Shown here piece after piece: positions 48,908-60,545 of a DNA stretch of 64,000 nt. Location of the stretch: positions 868,001 to 932,000 of the forward strand of contig NEEC01000017.1 in the NCBI GenBank assembly GCA_002189035.1, in the 5' to 3' direction. The number at the start of each line of letters is the position of its first letter. The stretch's first letter is position 1. A program made the translations under genes and the position numbers. The notes below the pieces were generated by a model. The model ran no database searches and was not told the origin of the DNA. It saw only the letters and a program-made list of their open reading frames with translations. This stretch comes from Utricularia gibba. Its lineage: Eukaryota > Plantae > Magnoliophyta.

Positions 48908-50237
48908 TTAGCCGCCGCCACCGGATCCGTATTTCTTGCCGAAAACTATGACCTGCAATTTGTCATAGCCGGCAAGCACACCGGCGCCGGCAACTGCTCG
49001 GAGAATGTTGGCTCCGGCACCCTTGAAGAGAGACTTGGCACCCTCCTTTTGGACGATCTGGTTAAAGGCGTCGATGGAGCTCTTGTACTTGACAGCCTCG
49101 CCGGAGGTCATCATCATTCTTCTGCGAACGGTGTCGATGGGGTAGGAAGCCAGGCCGGCACCGATGGTGATGCCCCAACCCAGCAAGAAACTAGCCAGGA
49201 AGTTGTCCTGACCCAAATGAAAAAGAAGACACAATGTCACCCTATTTTATAACATTCATTTTTGAAATGTGGTTGGTTGTAAGAAAACGAACCTGCAATC
49301 CACCGGTTAACACGACTGGCTTGAGAGAATCGTACATGCCGAAGTAGAGACCACGATAGACGATAATCCCAACGCAAGAGATATTGAATCCACGATAGAG
49401 ACCAGAAACGCCATCAGACTGAATTGTTTTTCTGTAGACATCAACCAGGCCATTGAACTGTCTTTCACCTCCCTTTTTGGCAGCCTTGGCGTCATTGGCC
49501 AACCGTGTCCGGGCGTAATCGAGGGAGTACACAAACATCAGAGAAGAGGCACCGGCAAGGCCACCAGACGCCAAGTTGCCAGCAAACCACTTCCAGTATC
49601 CATCTTTGTCTTTCTTGAAGTTAAACATCTTCTTGAAGTAATCTTTGAAAGCGAAGTTCAGAGCCTACACACGCATGCAGATAAGGGCATTAATTTCCGG
49701 GCACGAATACTGAATCGAGCATTTGCAATGGAAAATCAACAGAAGTATATTCACCTGAGTCGGGAAGTATCTGATAACATTCGCAGTATTGCCTCTCCAT
49801 AGAGAGATCACTCCTTCATCCTTGATAGTTCTTCCAAAGCAATCAGAAATTCCCTTGTAGGGTTCAGAGAGGCGACCAGCTCTGATCATCTCATCCTGGT
49901 TTTGAATCAAGAGTTTAACTCTCTCAATTGGTGCTGCTGCAGTCTTTGAGACGGCTGCAGAAACACCCCCCATTAGGAAATCAACCATAAAACTTGAGAA
50001 GCCTTTTCCTTTTTCCATTGGGGCTTGCACAACAATTGGCGAGACAGCGGAATACACTTCAGTCCCAGATACAAGAGACGATGGGAAGGAAACACTACGA
50101 AGCCCCCCATTGGCATATCCAGCATTCAAATAAATGAAGCTTGAGTTGCTGGACTGCATGTGAGAAGTCCGAGATAACAGAAATGACTGCCCATATAGCT
50201 TCTGACTTACAGAAGGATATCGCACACTATCCTCCAT
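48908..50237 (-). CDS. AAC3: Mitochondrial ADP/ATP carrier (AAC3-like); exons 50237-49755, 49664-49293, 49207-48908; 384 aa; probable 5' UTR intron upstream
   Basis: [23 protein letters not shown]|[14 protein letters not shown] signature; GWGITIGAG and N-terminal [12 protein letters not shown] fit the AAC3 type. Confidence 0.92.
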
Positions 50238-52040
50238 GCTCGCCGTAAATTGAGTGACCTTAAACGAAAAAAAAAAGTCAGAAAAAGCATACCAAACACA
50301 CTAACAACAGAAATCGTAAAGACGAAATTTTACGTCCACTTTCACAAACAAATTACAAGGCATAAAAATTTCACTGCCGCTAAAACACCTCACCAAACCG
50401 AAAAAAATACGTCGTTTGAACGACGCAGCGCAGACAGAATTTGTAAATGCACCGGACTGAACGCCTAACGTTCCAGATCTGAACAACAGATCTTTCAGCA
50501 ACGACACAAAACAAATATTACCATTTCAGTGTCCCCGACAACAGATCTGACGAGAAAAATGAAGAACAAGCATCCAAAACCTCCTATGACGACATCAGCG
50601 ACTCTTAACTCATCGCAGAAAACATCAGCAATCCATCTCTCAAATACTTACCGAAAAAAAAAATGAAAAAACAATCAACGCTCCAGCCTAGACGATCACA
50701 ATGGAACGAAGATATCAATAGCCGTAATCATGGCAGTAAACCCCTACCTGTAGAAGGTCGCGAGCGAAGGCAGCGCACTCCTCAGGCAGGGCGACAACGG
50801 TAAATATATACCAGAGGAATGTGGACTAGGGCTTTCGTCCCTAATGGAAGTCCGGCCTTGGATTTGCAGGAAATTTCCGTTCTGCCATCGAAATGGCACC
50901 ATTTTTCACGGTGCCGGTGGCATGGTTTCTGTTTTCTTTTTCCTGAAAAAGATAAAAGTTGAAAATATCATGGCCGTCGCTAATGTTTAAAAAATTATTT
51001 TAGATCAGGATCCGTTACTATGATAGTGCGGATTAATTCATTATTTTGGATCTTAAATATTTATAATTTTTTAATTATTGAATCCGATATTTAATTTTAT
51101 TAAATTTAATTATAGTAATTATCGGCTGCTTCCATACCCAGATTTTATTATATCCTAAATTTCGTGGTATTATAATTATGAAAATTATAAAAACAAACAT
51201 ATTAAATTTTATTCAATATAAAGAATCTAATCTTTCAAGTATTTTAAATTATAAAAAAGACAAATCAAGTTGTCAAAAATGTTCAAGAAAATTCCAAAAT
51301 GGTTTTTTAACTTTTATGCTGGAAATCAATTCACAGTATTATGAATCAATTCTGATTTCACAGCTAATAAAATTTCATGATAATATTTTTCTATTTGCAT
51401 ATGCAATTTGATGAATCAAAATCTCGTATTAAAGTTATGTCATATTCACATATTATGATTTTTGAAGTTCAATAAAGTTAAGACCATTAGAGAAAAAAGA
51501 ATGGACGTTATAAATATTATTTATAACGATGCATCATTAAAATAACATAAGAAATAAAAATGATTATTTTTGATAATATGAGAATCAAATATATAATTTT
51601 ATAAATTTGAAAGTATATTGTTTACAAAAAAAATAAGTTGCATTAATTTTGAAACTTACAAATTAAAATTTTTTATATTAATTGTATCTTGGAATGACAT
51701 AATACAAACTCCACACTATTATAATTATATTAATCTTGTACGGTAAATGATTAGCCGTTGGATTAAAGAAATATTTGAATTGATTTATTGGAGATTGTAT
51801 TTCAAAGTTGGGAGAAAGCGAAGCGAAGTGGAGACGCCGTCGGGGAGAAAAGAGGACGCGGTTTCTTGGAGTCAAATGGTTGCAAGCAAACGACGATCTT
51901 GTGGGTGTGGCGTTGACGAGAAGCCGTGTCGCTTTTGGATTACATAGTATGCACGATCTCTGTGATATTGTTTTTGGGATTTCGATTTTCCTTCTCTTTA
52001 TATTGAGCGCGAGGAGTTGTTCCGGGAACATTCCGCAAAC

Positions 52041-53450
52041 ATGAGCATATTTAAAATGATTAAGGTTAATTTCTGGTTCATTTGGTTTTTGTTTCTATTG
52101 CCGCTGGTCAGTCTCGAATTTGGTAGGAACTGAGCTTTTTGGGGTAGTGTTTTTGTGGTTAAGCGTGTGTGCCTTTGACGAGGGGGTCCAGGGAAGTATA
52201 TTAGTGTCAGAAATACAGCAAAACTAGTAGTTAACTGGGATAGTTTACTTGCTGGCAGTAAGTATTGCTGTTCCTGTGGTAATCTTGTTGTGTAGCCTGC
52301 CAGCCAGCCTCTCTGTTTTCAGTTGCTTGAGTGGAAGGTCACCCTATTGAGGTTGTTACTAAAGTTGTTGTGTTGCTCTGTTATTTTCCATGTTCAGGGG
52401 TGCTTTTCCATCGATTCGCCTGATTCCACAAAAGGCAAGGGTAAGGTGGGGAGGCGGGTTTCCCATGGTTTCCATTTGGTGAAAGGCAGGTCCGATCACG
52501 AAATGGAGGACTATTTGATTTCTGAAGAGAGGGTCCTAGAGGACAATGAGTTGGGCCTTTTTGCCATCTTTGATGGGCATATGGGTCATCAGGTTGCCAG
52601 TTACTTGCAAGAAAACTTGTTTGACGGCATCCTCGCGCAGGTATGGTAGTATCTGTCCTTGATCGTTCTGATATGATGTGCTTCTCCTTGGCGATGTTTG
52701 AAATTCTGTGCTTTGAGCAGCGTGAGTTCTGGAGAGACACAAAGAAAGCAGTGAGGGATGCCTACGCCAAAACGGATGAGGAGATACTGAAACAATCCAG
52801 AAGGCTGGGAGAAGGAGGCTCCACTGCTGTCACCGCAATCCTGATCAACAGACACAAACTCATCGTTGCAAATGTTGGTGACTCGAGGGCTGTTCTTTCC
52901 CAGAATGGTGTTGCCATACAGCTGTCCGTCGATCACGAGCCGAGCACGGAAAGGGACCGGATCCAAAGAAGGGGTGGATTTGTAACCAATTTTCCAGGTA
53001 CCAATACCCTGCTCCTCTATCCATCCATCCACCTTCCCTCCCAGCAGTGTTGAGAAGTTACTTCCACTCGTGAAGGTGATGTCCCTCGGGTCATCGGGCA
53101 ACTGGCCGTGTCCAGAGCATTCGGCGACAAGAGTTTGAAGAGATTCGTAAGTTCGGAGCCCCACATAACCACTCAGACCATAGAAAGCGACGCGGATTTC
53201 CTGATCTTGGCCAGCGATGGATTATGGAAGGTCGCTTGCTAACACAGTCTCATCCGCTATCCTTCCTTGTGTTCGTTCCCTAAAACTTGGTATGTGTTCC
53301 ACGTGGTTGCAGGTGATGTCCAACCAGGAAGCAGTTGACGCCATTAAAGGAATAAACGATGCCCACTCTGCTGCCAGGCGCCTGACAGAAGCCGCGGTCT
53401 CAAGGGAAAGCACCGACGACATTGCCTGCGTCGTTGTCTTGTTCCATTGA
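52041..53450 (+). CDS. Protein phosphatase 2C, clade F (PP2C58/PIA1-like); exons 52041-52064, 52398-52640, 52721-52997, 53076-53230, 53313-53450; 278 aa
   Basis: HGFHLVKG...[54 protein letters not shown]; all metal-binding Asp present. Confidence 0.92.
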
Positions 53451-54395
53451 TGAGCCGCGAGGCCATTCTTTTACAGTACAGTGGTAGCTCATAGTACCAT
53501 TTGTACATATTATTGAGCAGCCAAGGCAATTCAGGGAGATCTTTTTTGGCTCTGGATTGCTGATACCTAGTTATATTTATGGATGATTGGATTGTCCGAA
53601 CGCGCCACTATTATAATACAGCAGATTGAACATATTTAGCCCAGCTTATTTGGATAATTTTATTTCGCAGAATAACGCATTTAAAAAATTATTTGTTTTA
53701 TTACAACAGCTAATGTTTTTACATGGCCGTTTTAAAAATAATTTTATTATTAAATATAAATAAATTTCACTTCAAAAAATTTATTAAAAACACTGAATTT
53801 AATTCATTATTTATAAATACAACATAAAAGATCATTTTTTATTCAACAAAATTTTACGTAAAGTGCTACGCATTCAACATAATTTCTCAAATTGCATCGA
53901 GCGCAATTTTTAAAATTGATTAAATATTTTCAAATGAAATATGAACATAAATTAAATATATTATAATTATATAGCCTTTTTTAATTTCGCGAGTTTTGTA
54001 AATTTTAAAAAATGATTTCATACGCAAATTCAATCGAGTGTAATTTTGATTTATAAAATTTTAAAAGCAGCTCTTTTATTATTGTTTTTCGTGATTGATG
54101 GAAGGCTTCAAATTTTCATCAGCGCGTAATTTAATGGGTTATGAATTTCATATTATTTATTCCAGAATATATTTGATCATTAATATAATTAAATATGTGA
54201 ATTGCACAGCTAACTAAAGTCAAATATTATTTTTTCTTCTTAAGATGTTTTTAATATATAATATTAGTGTCATATTTTTAAAAAATACAAACACTACAAA
54301 AAAACAATATATTATATAGATGCCCTGCATGCGAAAACTTTAATTACATGGGAGTTGTTGAAGTCTCCATATGATCATCCATAGATTTTTCGTTA

Positions 54396-54704
54396 GGCGT
54401 TTTTGGTAGGATACCATGATTAATAATATATACGAGTTATTTAGATAAAATGTATTATATAATTAAGATTAAGTTTTTTCTTGCTACATAGGTTTAAAAC
54501 ATAAATAATATTATGTTTGGTAAATGTATTTGAAACAAATACTTTATAAATTATGTTGTTTAGTAATTATGTTGAAATAATTAATTCGTAGTATTTTATA
54601 GTAATTTTATAAAACACTCATGTATTGTTAAATTAATATATCAAATATACATTGTTATTAACATACGAATATTAAACAGTTAAACTAACTTACTAAACAC
54701 CCCG
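54396..54704. mobile_element. Possible Tourist (PIF/Harbinger) MITE
   Basis: TTA on both flanks (54393-54395, 54705-54707); ends GGCGTTTTTGGTAGG and CTTACTAAACACCCCG are imperfect inverted repeats; AT-rich interior. Confidence 0.45.
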
Positions 54705-55698
54705 TTAGAATTTCTACCAATTTTATGGTTAAAATCGATCACTCCTTGGGACCAAATAGTTAATTGAGTTGTACTTCCTGGTGGTCATCTAAAAACTGTT
54801 CTTTTAGAGCTTTATATTAGTGAATAAAGTAGTTAATTTGCTGCCCAAGTAATGGCTTAAAATGTGAGATATACACTCTCTAGGAAAGCTTTCCATATTC
54901 AGACAAATTGCATATGATTAAATGCTTATGTTAACTTCAATCAAATATCAGTTCTTTTCACTCAGAGAAAAAAAAATGCACTCTTTGGAATTTTTAATGT
55001 TCCGTCAAGTATATGTTTTAATTTAAACTGATTATGTATTTTTTTAAAAAAAAAAACTACTTATTTTAATTTTTATATAACATTTATAGTTTTTTTGAAA
55101 TTTTGAATGAAATATATAATATTGATACTCCTCATAAAGAAGTAAAATTTCAACTGAAATTTAAATTATAAAATTTAGTTAATAAATTAATATTAATAAG
55201 TTTCAAATATTAAAAAAACACATTAAATACAAATTACTGTTATTTTGATAGTCAAACTTTTTGATAACTAACACAGCCCCGTTAATTGATAACTAATAGG
55301 CGGTGGCGGCGGCCAGCGGTGAACCGCTACGAACTAACACGTGGTTTATGTGGGGCCCAGTACGGGGGGTTCGGGGTACCTTCTACGCCGCCGGTGGCCC
55401 CATGGCGGCTCCCGTCTTCTCCTTTTTCTCTCTACTTTCCTCGTTTGACAGCTTCGGCCCTATTTCGTCTTCGTATCCATGCTTTGCGTCAAAGCACGAT
55501 GTGCGTACCGATTTCTTGTGAAAGGAAACATCGATGGTGATGATGATGCTTTAACAGAGATTGCTTTGTTGCAAGTACATCGGAACAAGGAAGATGCGTT
55601 CTCAGAAGCACAGAGCTTGGAAAGGGAAATGGGTTTTTTTTCCCTGCGAAATTTATTCACGAATTGAAGGTCAGATTATCGTCTAATTCCTTTAGACT

Positions 55699-56288
55699 TC
55701 AGGCCTCAAACGGCGGCGGTTGATTCAGATCGAGATCCAGAACCCCTTTTTGTTCACACCCATCGTACCGCTTCCGACGCGCCAAAGACGACTTCTCTCT
55801 CTCTTTTCGCAACGCGCCGCCGTTGGGGGTTGCAGGGGCGCCTATGTCTGTCTTGTATTCCGACGGCTGGACCACTGGCTGAAACAGCATAATGGGCAAG
55901 CCGTTGGGGACAACCGCCACCGTCGGCTGAGGTCTGAAGATGGCGTAGCCGTTGAAGGTGCCGGGGTGGGCGACGGTCACGGCGGGGTCGGGGTTGTGTC
56001 CGCGGAGGCGCGTGTCCATATCGGCGCTGGACGAATCGAGGGTGCTGGTCTGGCTCGGACTGCGCACGGTTTCCGAGGGCAGGGGGAAATTAGTCTTCGC
56101 CTTGTGGCCTCGGAACTCCAGCGCAGCGGCGTCGTAAGCACGCGCCGCTTCCTCCGCCGTGTCAAAAGTACCCAACCACACGCGGCTCCGCTTTCGTGGA
56201 TCCCGGATTTCGGCGGCGTACCGACCCCACGGCCTCTTTCTTACTCCCCGGTACCGAACCTCCCTATCGGCGTCATCCTTGCCGCCAT
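55699..56288 (-). CDS. Class II ERF repressor with EAR motif (ERF9/ERF4-like); start ATG is out of frame by a 1-bp deletion at 56279-56280
   Basis: AP2 domain [19 protein letters not shown]...[44 protein letters not shown]-terminal [10 protein letters not shown]. Confidence 0.9.
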
Positions 56289-56290
56289 AA

Positions 56291-56311
56291 CTCTCTCTCT
56301 CTTTCTCTCTC
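56291..56311. repeat. (CT)n/(GA)n microsatellite in the ERF 5' leader
   Basis: ctctctctctctttctctctc directly upstream of the ERF ATG. Confidence 0.8.
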
Positions 56312-57159
56312 CTAGGAATCCTACCACGGCAACCGGATTTTGTTGGAACAGATATCTCCCAAGGCGGCTCTAGATATACTGGCAACGGGAGTAGTTTTTC
56401 TATTGGAGTAAATAAATTCAAAAAATGAAACAAATTGCGGCGCATGGAATTCTTGTTCAGCCGGGCCTGAGACGTAGGCGCACGGCACGACGTGTGCAAT
56501 TTTGTAGCTCAATGATATCTATTTACATCTGTTTTACCAACGAAAGTAACCCCATCATTCCAGAAAATTACAATTCAGTCCCGAAATAGTCCAGTAATAT
56601 TCTATGGATGTGGTGGTTAGCAAAGGCCACAACATTTTGGGGCCAAGGTGTAATAATGGCAGAGTTTAGGGGGTGCAGTAGCGAACATGATGTGTGGTCT
56701 GGCGGTGCAAATTTGGAATTGTTGTCCGCCCACGGAATGCTAATCCACCAGTAAATGTGTCTGTACTGCGTGGCAGGCTGACGATTTCCCCATTCTACCC
56801 TTACGAACCGGTTCTCTGTCCCCCAATCTGCGCCAGCCACGTGTTTGATTGCTGGACACCCTTCCCGGGGTAGGTAGCAATCTTGTCTGTCAGGGGGGCC
56901 TTGCTGTCCGTACGGCTGGCCCAAGTTACTTGGATTGGGCTGAGTTTGAGGGTCCACAAATTTGGGCTGGAAACGGGACGCTATTCGCCCGTACGCTACT
57001 TGTGGGCTCCACGCTCAGATTATAGCCGTTGGAGGATTTTCAAACTAACAAAAAAAAAAAAAAGCCGCAACGGCTACTCTCGAGTCCAGCAGTGGATGAT
57101 AAGATGAGGAAAGGAAACCATCAAAATCATGATCTAAGCCGGTTAATTGCTTTCTAAAT

Positions 57160-59023
57160 ATGGGATCTTCGCCGCCGTGTAACCGATCGGAGGGGCGATC
57201 CCGGACGAAGTCAGCCTCTCGGGTATCGAAGCTCCGCTACTATGACGGCTCGCCAATCCCCAGCTCAGTCTCGAAATAGTCGCTGCTTCTCCGAAAATCT
57301 TCAGTCCGTCTCCTGCATCGTCGACCGCTACTCTGAACCCACCGTACACTCGTTCAATTGGAGACATTCTTATGCTTTCGCCATCTCCGCTTGTAAGATC
57401 GAGCCCACGTTCTCGAGAATGGGTTGAAGTTGCAGATGATGCCGCGATGGAAGTTTCTGGGGTTAGACGGCGACGGAGAACTAGGACGAATCCCTCGCCG
57501 AGAAGCAATCGGAGGTCAAAAAGAAGGCTGGAGCATGATTTCAGGGATTCGAGGGAGGTTGCTGCTACAGGTGAAGAAATATTGACTAAGGCAAGAAAGA
57601 GGAACCAGGGGAATAAGTCGAAGAAGGAGAAACCGCACCTGTCTCGTGTAGTTCCTCTTCCTTTTGATGAACGAAGCAACGTATTTGATCTGCAGAATCT
57701 GTAGTTTCTTCATTCTTTTATTGTATTGATAGTTGGGTGTTACTTGAATGTTGGATTCAGGAGCCAATGATGCGTACGGTTGCGATCTCGATGCGGTTGG
57801 GGAGATGCTCCATGACCTGGTAATGTGGAAAGATGTTTCCAAATCTAGCCTGTGGTTTGGATTAGGGTTCTCTGTTTGTCTGCATTCTATGGTACTGGAT
57901 CTAGCTTCAGGTTTGCTACTCTCTCCCATCTTCCACTGGTCGTTCTTGCACTTCCATGCAAATTTCTTAATCCATTTTTCTCGTTGCAGCATGTTCTCAT
58001 TTCTATGTCAAATGGGGATTCTGTTTCTTGGACTCAAGTTCTTGTCGAGTTCAATTTGTTCCAGGTTGGATCACTTATGTTGCTAAATCGATACATTGTC
58101 ACATTCCTAATTATCAAGCACTGATGTTTTACTTGGAGCCAACCAGGAATGGAGGTGATATTGAGCCTGAACCATCACTGAGAGAAGATGACTTCCTAAA
58201 AGTGGCTAGGCTGATACTTCCTGTTGCAAACCTTGCAGCTCAGAAAGCAAGACAAGTCTTTTCTGGAGAACCATCAGCAACTCTTAAAGTAGTTTACAAT
58301 TTCCTGGCACCCTTCCTGTTTTCATTCGTGCATCCCACTAAACACAGTGATCCCTCTATGGCTTATCCAGGTTGCTCCAATCCTGTACATGGGAGTGCAA
58401 TATGGGCATCTACTAACCCTTTGGAGATTCTGTGCACTCTGTAAGCTCATGATTTCCCAATCAACGATCCTGATTTTTCCCGCAGCTCATTCTAACTCTG
58501 TCGTTGATGCTCGTCTTGCAGGCTTTTTCATTAGCTTCACCGTTCCCAAACTCTATTGCTCTTGCTCTTCTCCAATATCAGCTAAAGGTACACCCAACGC
58601 ATTTGAATCTGCATCATAATAAGAATCCAGATCTCATTGAGGACTGCAAAAATTCAACAGCCAGGAATATCAAGTCATGGGCACTGCAGACATGGGGAGC
58701 TTGCTCTCATAAGAAGCTGATCACTGCATCAGCTGTTACTGCGTTTTGGAATCTGGCGTCGATCAGAACTAGACTATTCGCCGGTAAAACAACAATCCAG
58801 ATTGTATTCAGAGAGCTCAGTTTGGAGTGTTAACACCCCTCAAATTTTTTGTGCAGCCTTCATGTGTTGTGTAATCGTCAGATACAACATACTGCACGTG
58901 GAGAAGACAGGCATGGAGGTTCAGGAAGCTGCATCCGAACAAAAGCAGCAGAAGGAACAACCACATGAAGAAAAAAATGATGTACATGTAGCAGAAGAGG
59001 AAACCGAATCCATGAAAGCCTAG
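57160..59023 (+). CDS. Reticulon-like protein (RTNLB17/RTNLB18-like), 8 exons, with at least two 1-bp deletions (57258-57261, 57865-57867)
   Basis: RSRTKSASR N-terminus, ILMLSPSP, DLVMWKDVSKSSLWFG, FSGEPSATLK|VAPIL, FTVPKLY, WGACSHKK, FWNL; GT-AG junctions; exon 1 donor uncertain. Confidence 0.85.
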
Positions 59024-59810
59024 GCTATGCAGTAGGCTCCAACTGTTGTAACGAGTCTCAGATTTGCCATGAAAAAGGATATAATTACTGAATTATTTAA
59101 GCATTTATTTTCAGCTTAAATAATTAATTTCGTGGGCATAAAATTACATGTATTTTGTAATTTGAATGGGTTGCTTGTAGGGTTACATGAGCCTTGCCCA
59201 ACTAGTTGTGGGACCAATCTAATGTTTGGGCTTTCATCAAGCTGGCCCAATCTTAGCGTTTTTTTTTTATGAAATTCTTAAAACTATGATTGAAATTTCC
59301 AAATTTAGAGCATCTTGGCTTTCCTTTATTAAGTTTACTAATTTTATTAATCAATTTCGGAAATTTTTTTTTATAATTTAAAAATAGCAGCGACAATGAA
59401 GTGACCAAGATTATCACAGGCTTTTTTAGTCTCAATTTTTTCCTCATTTCTACAATGAAACGAGACTTAATCCTTTTCATTTATGTACATCCAACTTTCA
59501 CTAATTAAAGATTTTCACAAAGTTAATAAACGTTTACTCAAAACCATGTCAACATTTCCGAAAACATTTAAAAATTCTCTTAGGGTTCGTTTACATAGGG
59601 TGAATTTGTGTCAAAATAACATACATTAACTCTTGATTCTTGGTTTTGCAAGACAACTATCTTATTTACCTTCGGTTCTCGTGCAATGTGATGTTTTTTT
59701 AATCTTCTTACAGGTGATTAAATATGATTCTGCGGTTCCGATAAGACTGGGGGAGCAGGCAGTTGGAATCAAATGCTTGTTTTTATACTGGTTTATGATA
59801 AATGTGATAG

Positions 59811-59920
59811 GCCCTCAACTGAGTGAAGTGTTCGCAAGGGTTGAATGGCCCATCCTCACTGCTCTGCTGGCATCATTACTCACTGACTCGCTCAGCTGCT
59901 TTTGCTGGGATCCCCAAGAT
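59811..59920 (+). pseudogene. Possible NFD6-like (nuclear fusion defective 6) exon remnant
   Basis: After an AG acceptor, frames read RPSTE*SVRKG*MAHPH then ALLASLLTDSLSCFCWDPQD, in register with the recalled NFD6 segment RSPVELSCCVESMLPYH...ALLTSMLSVSRRSYGWTPED; two stops and a frameshift. Confidence 0.4.
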
Positions 59921-60545
59921 AAATTTTGAATCTTTTCTGTCTCGTAACCCCTTTTTGGTCTTTGATTACGATTGTGTCAACCATCTCTTTGTTGTCGTAC
60001 TCCCCTCCCCCGGTTGTAGATGGTGTGGTCCGGATCTCTTCATTCTGCTTAAAGCCGCCTGATCCAGGGTTCTAGCAGTTGATAGTGATGGATAAGTTTA
60101 AGGAAGGAGTACGGATAGTCTCCGAAGGAAAGACAAGTGCTGCTGCTGCCTCTTTGCTCAGCTGATACATACAGTACATGACATGGCTTGTTTCTGTTGA
60201 TTCGGCGTGCTGATGTTGAGAGACTGTAGAGCTTTCTGTGGCGAAACGTTTGTTTCAGTTACATGTCATTGGTTCGTCTGTAGAAGCACAGGTATAAAAT
60301 TGGAACGGAGTCATTTTCGGAAGAAAGCTTTTCCTTATTCAGGTTAAAATTCGCTGGCCGCAGAGGAGAGTAGTAATCTCCACAAGTGTCAGGTTTACAT
60401 CACAAGAAGAAACATCAAAGGAATGAGGCTTGCACGTGACAGGGATTTCTCATGGAACGGGCAAATGCCCCATCTTTCAGCAAGGTTGATTGGATTGGAT
60501 TGGCTTCCATGAAGGTGAAGTTTCGACGAATTGGGATCGATCAAG

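Noticed and set aside
55720-56373. 217-aa plus-strand ORF
   Set aside because: Antisense shadow of the GC-rich ERF coding sequence.
56289-56499. 70-aa N-terminal extension of the ERF in the ORF track
   Set aside because: Passes through the GA microsatellite and a TATA-like box, and is unlike ERF N-termini.
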